Part shown: piece by piece, positions 56,255-64,000 of the stretch
How positions within the stretch are numbered: the stretch's first letter is position 1
Layout of the letters: the number at the start of each line of letters is the position of its first letter
From: Candidatus Gottesmanbacteria bacterium RIFCSPHIGHO2_01_FULL_40_15
GTDB lineage: Bacteria > Patescibacteriota > Microgenomatia > 2-02-FULL-39-11
Reading direction: 5' to 3'
Length of the DNA stretch: 64,000 nt
Assembly: GCA_001779115.1 (NCBI GenBank)
Contig: MFJF01000015.1
Location: forward strand, 22,491-86,490
Program-made: the position numbers and the translations under genes
The notes under the pieces: model-generated
Told to the model about the DNA's origin: nothing
What the model saw: the letters and a program-made list of their open reading frames with translations, nothing else
Database searches by the model: none

Positions 56255-57411
56255 GAATAATTCATCTGATAGATTATTTCCAGCCGAAACTGGGCTACCA
56301 GGAAACTTACCTTGCCTTAGCGCATTTAAGATTGGGACACCATGTTACCGTAATAACATCTGATCGCCACTATCCGTTTTCCGATTATGCTTCAGCTTTC
56401 CAGAAGATATTGGGAGAAAGAAAGAAAAAACCGGGCAAATTTAAAGAATATGGCCTGGATACATTAAGACTTGCGGCAATTGAAATGCCTTTCACTCCGG
56501 TGATATTTCTTCGTAATTTAAAGACTGCCTTAGCGCATTTAAATCCTGATATGGTTTTTTGTCATGGGATATTTTCAGTTGTGTCATTTCAGGCAGCCCT
56601 TTATAAGGAACAATTTTCATACAAATTGTTTTATGACAGTCACGCCGCTGATTTTAATACGGATTTTGAAAATTCATTATTAAAAAAATTCTATTATTTA
56701 CTGTACATCAAACTGATGGCACCCGTTATCAAAAAAGCCGCCGATAGATTATTCGCAGTAGGGGAGGCGGAAAAGAAGTTTCTTCTGCGTTTTCTTAAAA
56801 TTCCCAATTATCGGGTTGAAATATTAAGAGTTGGCATTGATCCTGTTTTTTTGAAAGCTAAAAAAGAGAAGCGGATGGAAATACGCAGAAAATTGGGCAT
56901 TTCGCCTGATGAATTTGCCATTATTTACACCGGCAAAATCGCTCCGGGGAAAGATTTGCCTGTATTACTCCGGGCGGTTAAATTGCTTGAAGGATTGCCC
57001 GTAAAAATTCTGATTATTGGCGGAGGTAACGTACATTATATCGAAAAATTAAAAAAGCAATATCCTTTTCGGGAAAAAGTTATTTGGACCGGTTTTATTA
57101 CCAATAAAATGTTAACAAAGTATTATAGTGCTGCTGACACGGCAATCTGGCCCGGTAATCCGTCAGTAGCTGTTCTTGAAGCTATGGCCGCCGGATTACC
57201 GGTCATTATTTCCCGTTGGTTTGGTACCCGGTATTTGAATAAAAACAAAACAGTTTTGTCATTTCCCCGGGGAAATCATATAAAATTAGCTAATTTAATT
57301 AAAATATTATCAATTAATAGCCAATTTAGACAAAAATTGGGAATAAAAGCCCAATTATTCATAAAAAATGAATTATCTTGGGATAAAATCGCAAAACAAG
57401 CTATAATTTAG
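56251..57411 (+). CDS. GT4 (GT-B) glycosyltransferase
   Basis: VAVLEAMAAGLPVIISR is a GT4 motif. ATGA overlap with asnB. The ORF-track start at 56179 is rejected. Confidence 0.7.
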   Translation: MRIIHLIDYFQPKLGYQETYLALAHLRLGHHVTVITSDRHYPFSDYASAFQKILGERKKKPGKFKEYGLDTLRLAAIEMPFTPVIFLRNLKTALAHLNPDMVFCHGIFSVVSFQAALYKEQFSYKLFYDSHAADFNTDFENSLLKKFYYLLYIKLMAPVIKKAADRLFAVGEAEKKFLLRFLKIPNYRVEILRVGIDPVFLKAKKEKRMEIRRKLGISPDEFAIIYTGKIAPGKDLPVLLRAVKLLEGLPVKILIIGGGNVHYIEKLKKQYPFREKVIWTGFITNKMLTKYYSAADTAIWPGNPSVAVLEAMAAGLPVIISRWFGTRYLNKNKTVLSFPRGNHIKLANLIKILSINSQFRQKLGIKAQLFIKNELSWDKIAKQAII

Positions 57412-57428
57412 TATATTTACCATTAAAA

Positions 57429-57457
57429 TTGACTTCATATGAAATTTTTATTATCAT
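57429..57457 (+). promoter_or_regulatory. candidate sigma70-like promoter TTGACT-N17-TATCAT
   Basis: TTGACT at 57429-57434 and TATCAT at 57452-57457, in the 96-nt AT-rich gap before ATG 57508. Confidence 0.35.
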
Positions 57458-57507
57458 TTTCTGCAATTATTTGTATATTTTTCTTCTTTTAATACTTTTA
57501 TGTCTTT

Positions 57508-58524
57508 ATGATTAAGATTGGTGTCATCGGCAGCGGTTATTGGGGTAAACATCACTTGAGAATATTTTCACAATTACCTTGTGAGCTTATCGGAGTAGCT
57601 GATATCAATCCGGAACATGCAAAATTGGCAGAATATTTTAAAATTCCTTTTTATAAAGATTACAGAAAATTACTTAAAAAGGCGGACGCGGTAACTGTTG
57701 TCACACCTCCGGCTACCCATTACGAAATCGCCAAAACCGCACTTTTAAGGAAAAAACATGTATTGCTGGAAAAACCTTTTGTCTTAAAACTTTCTCAAGC
57801 TCAAAGACTGTACAAATTAGCGGAAAAAAATAAAGTTCATCTCATGGCCGGTCATACTTTTCTTTATAATCCGGCAGTCAGATTAATCAGGCGGATGTTA
57901 ACTGAAAATAAATTAGGTAGGATTTATTACCTGACAATGGAATGGATGAATCTGGGAATAATCAGAAGTGATGTAAACGCCTTATGGAATTTCGCTCCTC
58001 ACCCTTTTTCCATCCTGAATTATCTTTTTGAAAAATTACCGGTAAAAGTTTCTTTCAGCGGACTGTCATTTATTCAGAATGGTATTGAAGATTTTGTATC
58101 AGGCAGTCTCTTTTATGAAAATGGAATTGTTGCGCACCTGGTTTTGTCCTGGCTTCATCCGGTAAAAATCAGGCAGATTACTTTGGTTGGCAGTAAAAAA
58201 CTAGTCAGATTTGACGATGTTAATAATGAGTCACCGGTTGAAATTTTTGATAAAGGCATCACCCCTGAAGAATTCTTAAAATACCAATCCTGGGATAATT
58301 TTGCCGAGTTTAAGGCCAAAAAACGATACGGCCTGCTGGAAATTCCGGAGGTGGATAAAATTGAGCCTCTCAAAGAAGAACTGAGGGAATTTATCAATGT
58401 TTCTGAAGGAAAAGTTAAATTGCTTTCAGATCAATTCACTGCAGTTAGTACAATTGCTTTGTTGGAAGCTGCCCAAAAATCAATGATGAAGAAAGGAAAA
58501 ATAATAAGTGTCTCCGGACATTAA
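57508..58524 (+). CDS. Gfo/Idh/MocA-family NAD(P)-dependent oxidoreductase (sugar dehydrogenase, WbpB-like)
   Basis: IKIGVIGSGYWGKHHL...LLEKPF is the Gfo/Idh/MocA N-terminal signature. Confidence 0.7.
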   Translation: MIKIGVIGSGYWGKHHLRIFSQLPCELIGVADINPEHAKLAEYFKIPFYKDYRKLLKKADAVTVVTPPATHYEIAKTALLRKKHVLLEKPFVLKLSQAQRLYKLAEKNKVHLMAGHTFLYNPAVRLIRRMLTENKLGRIYYLTMEWMNLGIIRSDVNALWNFAPHPFSILNYLFEKLPVKVSFSGLSFIQNGIEDFVSGSLFYENGIVAHLVLSWLHPVKIRQITLVGSKKLVRFDDVNNESPVEIFDKGITPEEFLKYQSWDNFAEFKAKKRYGLLEIPEVDKIEPLKEELREFINVSEGKVKLLSDQFTAVSTIALLEAAQKSMMKKGKIISVSGH

Positions 58525-59482
58525 TATTCTTTTAACCGGTGCCGGTACCCAGACTTTTGCCAATGTAATTAATCCGTTAAAGGATTATTATCGCAATAGA
58601 GTCAAATTGGTTGCCTGTGACATGGATCCGATGGCTTACGGATTATATTTAGCCGATAAATCTTATATTATTCCTCCGGCAGTAAATAGTAATTTTATCA
58701 AAAGAATTGTTGAAATTTGCCGGTTGGAATCGGTTAAAATTATTCTGCCGTTATTGTCGCTGGATATGCTTCCCATATCAAAACACAAAAAAGAGTTTGC
58801 CGATATGGGAGTATCTGCGCCAATTTCCGATTATAAATCGATTAAGATCTGTTCGGATAAAAAATTAACTTATGATTTTTTCCGCCATCACAATATACCG
58901 ACTCCGGCAACTTACCTTCCCGATGAGTTACCCGGGAAATTAGATTTTCCGGTAATTGTTAAACCTCGTCATCTAAGCGGAAGCAAATTTTTTCAAAAAG
59001 TAAACTCCAGAGATGAACTTCCGAAAATAACCGGTTGTGTACCCGATCCGATTATCCAATCTTTTTTGAACGGCCAGGAATATACCGTTGATATTTTGGC
59101 TGATCTGGAAAGCCGTCCTGTCGGAATAGTACCGAGAAGCCGATTGAAAATATCGGCTGGAAAATCAGTGGTGGGTAAAACTGAAGATTTGCCGGTTTTA
59201 AGAAAATTAATTGAATATGTAATTAAAAAAATTCCCCTTATCGGACCCGCCAATATTCAATGCTTTAAAATTAACGGCAATTTTTTGTTCACCGAAGTGA
59301 ATCCCAGATTTTCGGCAGGCGGACTGCCGTTATCTGTTTCCGCCGGAATGAATTCACCGGTACAGCTGGTAAAAATAGCATTGGGCCAAACCGTTCCAAA
59401 ATTAACAAAAAATTACAATAATCTATATCTGTTCAGATATTATACCGAAGTGATTGTTACGGAGAAAAAAATAATCAAATGA
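58508..59482 (+). CDS. ATP-grasp domain protein
   Basis: VIVKPRHLSGSKFFQKV...QEYTVDIL...FTEVNPRF is an ATP-grasp fold signature. GTG start. Confidence 0.65.
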   Translation: MSPDINILLTGAGTQTFANVINPLKDYYRNRVKLVACDMDPMAYGLYLADKSYIIPPAVNSNFIKRIVEICRLESVKIILPLLSLDMLPISKHKKEFADMGVSAPISDYKSIKICSDKKLTYDFFRHHNIPTPATYLPDELPGKLDFPVIVKPRHLSGSKFFQKVNSRDELPKITGCVPDPIIQSFLNGQEYTVDILADLESRPVGIVPRSRLKISAGKSVVGKTEDLPVLRKLIEYVIKKIPLIGPANIQCFKINGNFLFTEVNPRFSAGGLPLSVSAGMNSPVQLVKIALGQTVPKLTKNYNNLYLFRYYTEVIVTEKKIIK

Positions 59483-60489
59483 CCAGACCGTTTTCCGGAT
59501 TGAAAATACTTGTTACCGGCGGAGCCGGTTTTATCGGTTCGCATATTGTTGATTCTTTGGTTTCCCAAGGAGCAAAAGTAACGGTTTTGGATAATTTTTC
59601 ATTCGGACGCATCGATAATTTAAGCACAGTCAGAAGTAAAATTAAAATTATTAAAGCCGATATCAGGGATTATGGCAAACTGGTAAAAGCCATGGAGGGG
59701 ATCGATATGGTTTCACATCATGCCGCACAATTGGAAATAATCAGGGCAAATAATGATCCCTGGATCGATCTTCAAATCAATTTGCTCGGTACCATAAATG
59801 TTTTAAAAGCAAGCCGCATCAAGCGCGTTAAAAAAATTATTAACGCTTCTTCAGCTTGTGTCTATGGTCAGCCTAAATATAAAAAGCAGGATGAAAATCA
59901 CCCTGTAGAGCCGAATTGGGAATATGGGATATCAAAACTCGCTGCTGAAAAGTATTGCCGCATATTTACAACGTCGTTTGGCATTCCCTCGGTCTCTCTC
60001 CGATACTCAATCGTATATGGCCCACGGGAATGGTACCGGCGTGTTCTGACGATTTTTATCAAAAGAACCATACAGGGAAAGCCTCTTGTTGTGTTTGGCG
60101 ACGGTAAATTATACCGTGATTATGTATACGTGGCAGATGTGGTCAAGGCCCACAACTTATGCCTGATTAAAAAAGCGGCAGACGGAGAAGTTATTAATAT
60201 CGGATCAGGAAATTTAATTACCATTTTGAAATTAGCAAGACTGGTAAATATTGTATCAGGAAAACAATTGCCGATTATCCATGAGCAGGTTTCTGAAGGA
60301 GGGGAAAGCCGGCAAGTTCCCGGTAAGAAAAGAAATCCTCAGGATTTAAAAGGAATGTGCCTGGACAACAAAAAAGCTAAAAAATTATTGGATTGGCAAT
60401 CGGAAGTCACTTTGCCGGACGGAATTCATTTTGAATTGGATTGGGCAATGAAAAATCTCGACCAGTGGCGTAAAATTAAATACTCTTAA
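59479..60489 (+). CDS. NAD-dependent epimerase/dehydratase (SDR)
   Basis: ILVTGGAGFIGSHIVD, YGISKLAAE (YxxxK). Confidence 0.7.
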   Translation: MTRPFSGLKILVTGGAGFIGSHIVDSLVSQGAKVTVLDNFSFGRIDNLSTVRSKIKIIKADIRDYGKLVKAMEGIDMVSHHAAQLEIIRANNDPWIDLQINLLGTINVLKASRIKRVKKIINASSACVYGQPKYKKQDENHPVEPNWEYGISKLAAEKYCRIFTTSFGIPSVSLRYSIVYGPREWYRRVLTIFIKRTIQGKPLVVFGDGKLYRDYVYVADVVKAHNLCLIKKAADGEVINIGSGNLITILKLARLVNIVSGKQLPIIHEQVSEGGESRQVPGKKRNPQDLKGMCLDNKKAKKLLDWQSEVTLPDGIHFELDWAMKNLDQWRKIKYS

Positions 60490-61193
60490 TGATTTTGAAA
60501 CTTGACCGGATTGCCGGAAAATATTCCGAAGAAAAAGGATTTGAAAAGGTTATAACTTCATACAAAATCCGGGAAATTATTAAGTTTATCAAAGGCCCTG
60601 ATGTGCTTGATTTGGGATGCGGTGAAGGCATAATCACCCGGGCAATCGCTTCGCTGAATTTTCATGTGGTTGCCGTAGACGGTTCGAAACTCAAACTTCA
60701 AAAAGCCAAAAAGAATATTTCAAATAATAATGTAAAATTTATCCATTCTTTTTTTGAAAATTTTGATCCGCCGGTAAAATTCAATTCCATTGTTATGAGC
60801 AACATTCTGGAACATGTCAATAAGCCCGATAAATTACTGACCCGGGCTAAGTCGTGGCTCAAGCATGACGGCAGAATCATTGCCACAGTCCCTAATGCCG
60901 ATAGTTTAAACAGGTTGTTGGGTTTAAAAATGGGAGTAATTTCCGGTAAAAAGGAATTGACTGCTGAAGATAAACATAAAGGTCATCGGCGGGTTTATGA
61001 TATGAAATCATTGAAAACTGATTTTAAAAGCGCCGGTTTTAAGGTCAAATTTATGGGAGGTATTTTTCTTAAACCGTTACCCCATAAATATATGGAAAAA
61101 ATAGGCGATGAAAATATTTATGAAGGACTTTATAAACTTCGTCTGGAATACCCGAACTTATGTTCTTCGTTAATCGCGGTTGCTTTAAAATGA
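60489..61193 (+). CDS. class I SAM-dependent methyltransferase
   Basis: VLDLGCGEGIIT motif I. TAATG overlap. Confidence 0.7.
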   Translation: MILKLDRIAGKYSEEKGFEKVITSYKIREIIKFIKGPDVLDLGCGEGIITRAIASLNFHVVAVDGSKLKLQKAKKNISNNNVKFIHSFFENFDPPVKFNSIVMSNILEHVNKPDKLLTRAKSWLKHDGRIIATVPNADSLNRLLGLKMGVISGKKELTAEDKHKGHRRVYDMKSLKTDFKSAGFKVKFMGGIFLKPLPHKYMEKIGDENIYEGLYKLRLEYPNLCSSLIAVALK

Positions 61194-61753
61194 ACCGGGT
61201 AAAAGCTGTTTTTTTTGATTTTGACGGTACTATTTTTACATTGAAAATGGATTGGTTAAATCTGAAAAACAATATTATTTCCGAATTCGGCCTTAAAATT
61301 TCTGCAGAATCAAATTTTATGAATAATATATACGATCTGAAAAATGACAAAAAAAAGTCGCAGATTTTAGCCAGGATCACCTTTGAAGAATTGAAAGGAG
61401 TTGAAAACGGGAAACCTGATCACGGTTCTATAGATTTTATAAATTTCTGCCGTAAAAAAAAATATAAATTAGGTGTTGTTTCCAGAAACAGCCGTAAAGC
61501 CATATTATCCGGCTTGGGTAAAATGCGGCTGTCTGAAATACCGGTAATTGGCAGGGAAGATGTTCGAAAACTGAAACCTCATCCGGAAGGATTAATTAAA
61601 ATGATGAGTATGCTTTCAGTATATCGGAATGAGTGTATTTATATCGGTAATGATGCGGTTTCGGACAGGCGGTTTGCTGAAAATGCGAAAGTTAAATTCA
61701 TCCACCTGAAGAGCTGGAATGAAATTAAAATCAACTGCAGATCGTGGAACTGA
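61190..61753 (+). CDS. HAD-superfamily hydrolase or phosphatase
   Basis: VFFDFDGTIF (DxDGT motif I), 187 aa. ATGA overlap. Confidence 0.65.
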   Translation: MNRVKAVFFDFDGTIFTLKMDWLNLKNNIISEFGLKISAESNFMNNIYDLKNDKKKSQILARITFEELKGVENGKPDHGSIDFINFCRKKKYKLGVVSRNSRKAILSGLGKMRLSEIPVIGREDVRKLKPHPEGLIKMMSMLSVYRNECIYIGNDAVSDRRFAENAKVKFIHLKSWNEIKINCRSWN

Positions 61754-64000
61754 TCCTGACTATATTAATACCGGTTGTTTTATCGCTTTCAGGTTTACCG
61801 TTCCTTTTGAAAAACAGGTATTTCCGGGAATTCCCGGGTATTCTTCTGTTGGCAATTTCCGTCCAATTAGGCCTATCCCTTGTGATATTTCCGATGGTAA
61901 TTTGGGGTTTAATTTTTGCATCGGGATTTGTTGTGATTGCCAGAATAATTTTCATATTATCTATCCTTCTTTCCGCAATTGGTCTTTATACATTCCTGCG
62001 GAATAAAAAATTTTCCATAAATCTAAAAGAAACGATTAAACTTGTTAAAAATCCTGTTATTGCCGTAACTTTTATATTCTTATTTATCTACTTCTTATTG
62101 TTTGCGTTAAAACCCGTAATTGACTCGGATATAATCAGCAGTTATCTGCCGCTGGGCAGAAGTATCATCAGATCTGACAGTATTCCCCGGCTTAATTATT
62201 ATGATAATAAACCGTTTGTTATACCCCCCGTTGCCGGTCCTGTTTTATTCTCATTTTATTATGCACTTTCAAAAAATATAACCGGTGAAATTTTCCGGTA
62301 TATAAACCTGCCGTTTTTCTTTTCATTCCTGATTTTTTCTTATTATATATTCAGAAAATTTCTGAACAAATCATATTCTTTATTGGCTCTGGTAGTACTT
62401 TTAACAACACCCCTGTTGGAAGATCTTATTTTCAGTGCCGGTCTGTACCCGGATTTCATTTTTGCCTCACTGTGCCTTTTTTCCTTTTGGCTCATGTACT
62501 CTCTGGCAAATACTCCAAAAGCGACAGGACAAAATAGAATATCATTTTTTATCTGTATGTTGATGGGAATTTCAATTGCGCTGGCTATGCTTTTTAAATA
62601 TCAGGCAATTGTACTTTACGTCATTGCTGCCGCTTTTATATTGTCTCAGAATTTAACCGGTTTGTTGAGAAGTCTGGTTTACCTTCTGGATTTATCACCC
62701 CTCTTTTTAATGGAGTATTTCTCAATTAATCCTTATAATAAATTCCCGTTATTTGTTGAATTGGTATTTATCCTGCTGATTACAGTCGCCCTTTTTTTAC
62801 TTCATAAAAACATTAAACCTTTTAAAAAAAGTAATTTATTGAACTTGTACATTTTTTTTATTTTCAGCCTTCCGGGTTTTATTTTTATTGTCAGAAATTT
62901 TTTGGTATTTAATGGTCTTAATGAAACCTCATTAATCTATAACTGGGCTGTAAGTATGGAAAAAACAGTCGGAGAAGAAATTGAACAGGGAAATCTGTAT
63001 TCAATTTTTTCAATCTTTTTAGCGCCCGCTTTATCGGCCTACTGGTTAATTCCGAAAATAACCGGATTATTCATTATGATAAAAAAGAACCGGAAGCATT
63101 TTCTCAATTTGTTTATTATATTTACCTGGACAGGCTATTGGGTTATTGGAATGAGTGCGGTTACTGTCAGATGGTTAATGCCGATTCTGCCTTTTCTGGT
63201 CTTAAGTATAATGGTTGGACTTAAACATTTTTTTAAAAAAATAAATTATTTTACTCAAATAATTTTTACGGGCATTCTTTTTATGATACTTTCATCCAAA
63301 TTCATATTTATTAATTTGGGATCATTGCTTTCAGGGACTGAGAATTTGCGTCAAATAGCCGGGCAGCAGCAAAGCGGCAGCTCCGTTATAAGAAACGGTA
63401 TTGATGGATTTTTAAAAACAATTATTTTTACCCTGACCGCCCGTACTGAATCGGAAAAAGATATATTACAGTTGTTAATCTTGTCTGTTATTTTTTTTAT
63501 TCTGATAAAAAAAATTGCAGATCTATTTGGTTCTGCCAAATCATTAAAAGTCATTTTATTAACAGTTTTTATCATTTACGGCAGTGTGTTTATGTGGGTG
63601 TCAAACGGCAATTTACTGAATTTTACAGAACGTGAAGCTGATCTTGTATTTGACTATTGGGGTCAACAGAGGTATTTGATTCCATATTTGAAAAATCATT
63701 CGGAAAAAGATGATATAGTCTTATCCTACAATATACAAACCGGACTTTCATATTATACCAACATGCGGGTTTTTAATTTGCAGTATGGTGCCGGATTACA
63801 AATCTTTTATCCGATTTTCAATGAAACCGATCCGGAAAAAATCCACCTGTTTTATAAAAAAAACGGATTTAGGTATTTTGTTCTCCTGGATTATCAGGAA
63901 TCGAAAAAACATTGGACCAACTTAAGAAAAAAAACAAAAATTTTTGATATTCTCGATGATAAGCGTTACAGTACTCTTGTACTTAGTCCCAATAATAAAT
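61744..64000 (+). CDS. polytopic membrane protein of more than 750 aa, possibly another GT-C-like enzyme. 3' end is beyond the window. Not in the ORF track.
   Basis: I hand-translated frame 1 from the TAA at 61726-61728 to nt 64000 and found no stop. The product is a hydrophobic multi-TM protein. The likely start is GTG 61744, overlapping the HAD stop. Confidence 0.6.
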   Translation, partial: MELILTILIPVVLSLSGLPFLLKNRYFREFPGILLLAISVQLGLSLVIFPMVIWGLIFASGFVVIARIIFILSILLSAIGLYTFLRNKKFSINLKETIKLVKNPVIAVTFIFLFIYFLLFALKPVIDSDIISSYLPLGRSIIRSDSIPRLNYYDNKPFVIPPVAGPVLFSFYYALSKNITGEIFRYINLPFFFSFLIFSYYIFRKFLNKSYSLLALVVLLTTPLLEDLIFSAGLYPDFIFASLCLFSFWLMYSLANTPKATGQNRISFFICMLMGISIALAMLFKYQAIVLYVIAAAFILSQNLTGLLRSLVYLLDLSPLFLMEYFSINPYNKFPLFVELVFILLITVALFLLHKNIKPFKKSNLLNLYIFFIFSLPGFIFIVRNFLVFNGLNETSLIYNWAVSMEKTVGEEIEQGNLYSIFSIFLAPALSAYWLIPKITGLFIMIKKNRKHFLNLFIIFTWTGYWVIGMSAVTVRWLMPILPFLVLSIMVGLKHFFKKINYFTQIIFTGILFMILSSKFIFINLGSLLSGTENLRQIAGQQQSGSSVIRNGIDGFLKTIIFTLTARTESEKDILQLLILSVIFFILIKKIADLFGSAKSLKVILLTVFIIYGSVFMWVSNGNLLNFTEREADLVFDYWGQQRYLIPYLKNHSEKDDIVLSYNIQTGLSYYTNMRVFNLQYGAGLQIFYPIFNETDPEKIHLFYKKNGFRYFVLLDYQESKKHWTNLRKKTKIFDILDDKRYSTLVLSPNNK

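Noticed and set aside
61719-62006. 95-aa ORF in frame 3 listed by the track
   Set aside because: A frame-1 ORF with no stop for more than 750 codons covers the same region and encodes a coherent membrane protein, so the short ORF is taken as a spurious overlapping frame.
1-64000. Very high frequency of CCGG (ccggt, ccgga, accgg)
   Set aside because: This is explained by codon preference (Pro CCG, Gly GGT/GGA, Thr ACC) in membrane-protein genes. I saw no periodicity or clustering suggesting a repeat or methylation motif.
1-64000. CRISPR arrays, tRNA/rRNA genes, IS elements or integrases
   Set aside because: I found no spaced direct repeats, no cloverleaf-compatible conserved tRNA motifs in the few intergenic gaps, and no transposase or integrase-like ORFs. 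The paralogs are diverged at the DNA level, so they are not recent mobile duplications.

Overview
This 64-kb window is almost entirely coding, with about 55 genes, nearly all on the + strand. Many stop and start codons overlap (ATGA, TAATG, GTGA), which suggests long polycistronic units. The sequence is AT-rich (about 40% GC by eye). It looks like one very large cell-surface glycosylation locus. Three points stand out. (1) There are at least 15 large polytopic membrane proteins with GT-C-like features. They fall into: a six-member family resembling ArnT or the PMT_2 mannosyltransferase family; a three-member family with a YGYGYPLF motif and a YfhO-like C-terminus; one clear YfhO homologue; one short protein resembling eukaryotic-type protein O-mannosyltransferase (PMT, GT39); one PIG-V-like protein; and several unclassified polytopic proteins. 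(2) Interspersed with these are about six Dpm1/GtrB-like GT2 enzymes, which would make polyprenyl-phosphate-sugar donors, plus further GT2 and GT4 transferases and a Wzx-like flippase. (3) There are sugar-nucleotide tailoring genes. These include a CDP-paratose/tyvelose 2-epimerase-like gene; several short-chain dehydrogenase/reductase (SDR) epimerases, one with an inserted Zn-ribbon; two Fcl-like reductases flanking a DegT-fold enzyme that has His in place of the PLP-Lys, the signature of ColD/E1 3-dehydratases used in 3,6-dideoxyhexose synthesis; an RmlD-like reductase; and an AsnB-like amidotransferase, a Gfo/Idh/MocA oxidoreductase, an ATP-grasp ligase, methyltransferases and a HAD hydrolase. 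I recognised no initiating phosphoglycosyltransferase, Wzy, Wzz or ABC exporter. That points to assembly outside the cytoplasm by serial GT-C enzymes using lipid-phosphate monosaccharides, analogous to LTA/WTA glycosylation, protein O-mannosylation or mycobacterial arabinogalactan, rather than a classic O-antigen pathway. Embedded housekeeping-like genes are tgt (the only non-glycosylation minus-strand gene), a cupin, a transaldolase-family gene and a HisC-like aminotransferase. A long open reading frame of more than 750 codons runs off the 3' end of the window and is absent from the supplied ORF track. I found no rRNA, tRNA, CRISPR array, transposase or integrase. My guess is that the organism is a small-genome uncultivated bacterium, possibly CPR/Patescibacteria-like. 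This rests only on the gene overlaps, the AT-rich coding style and the GT-C expansion.
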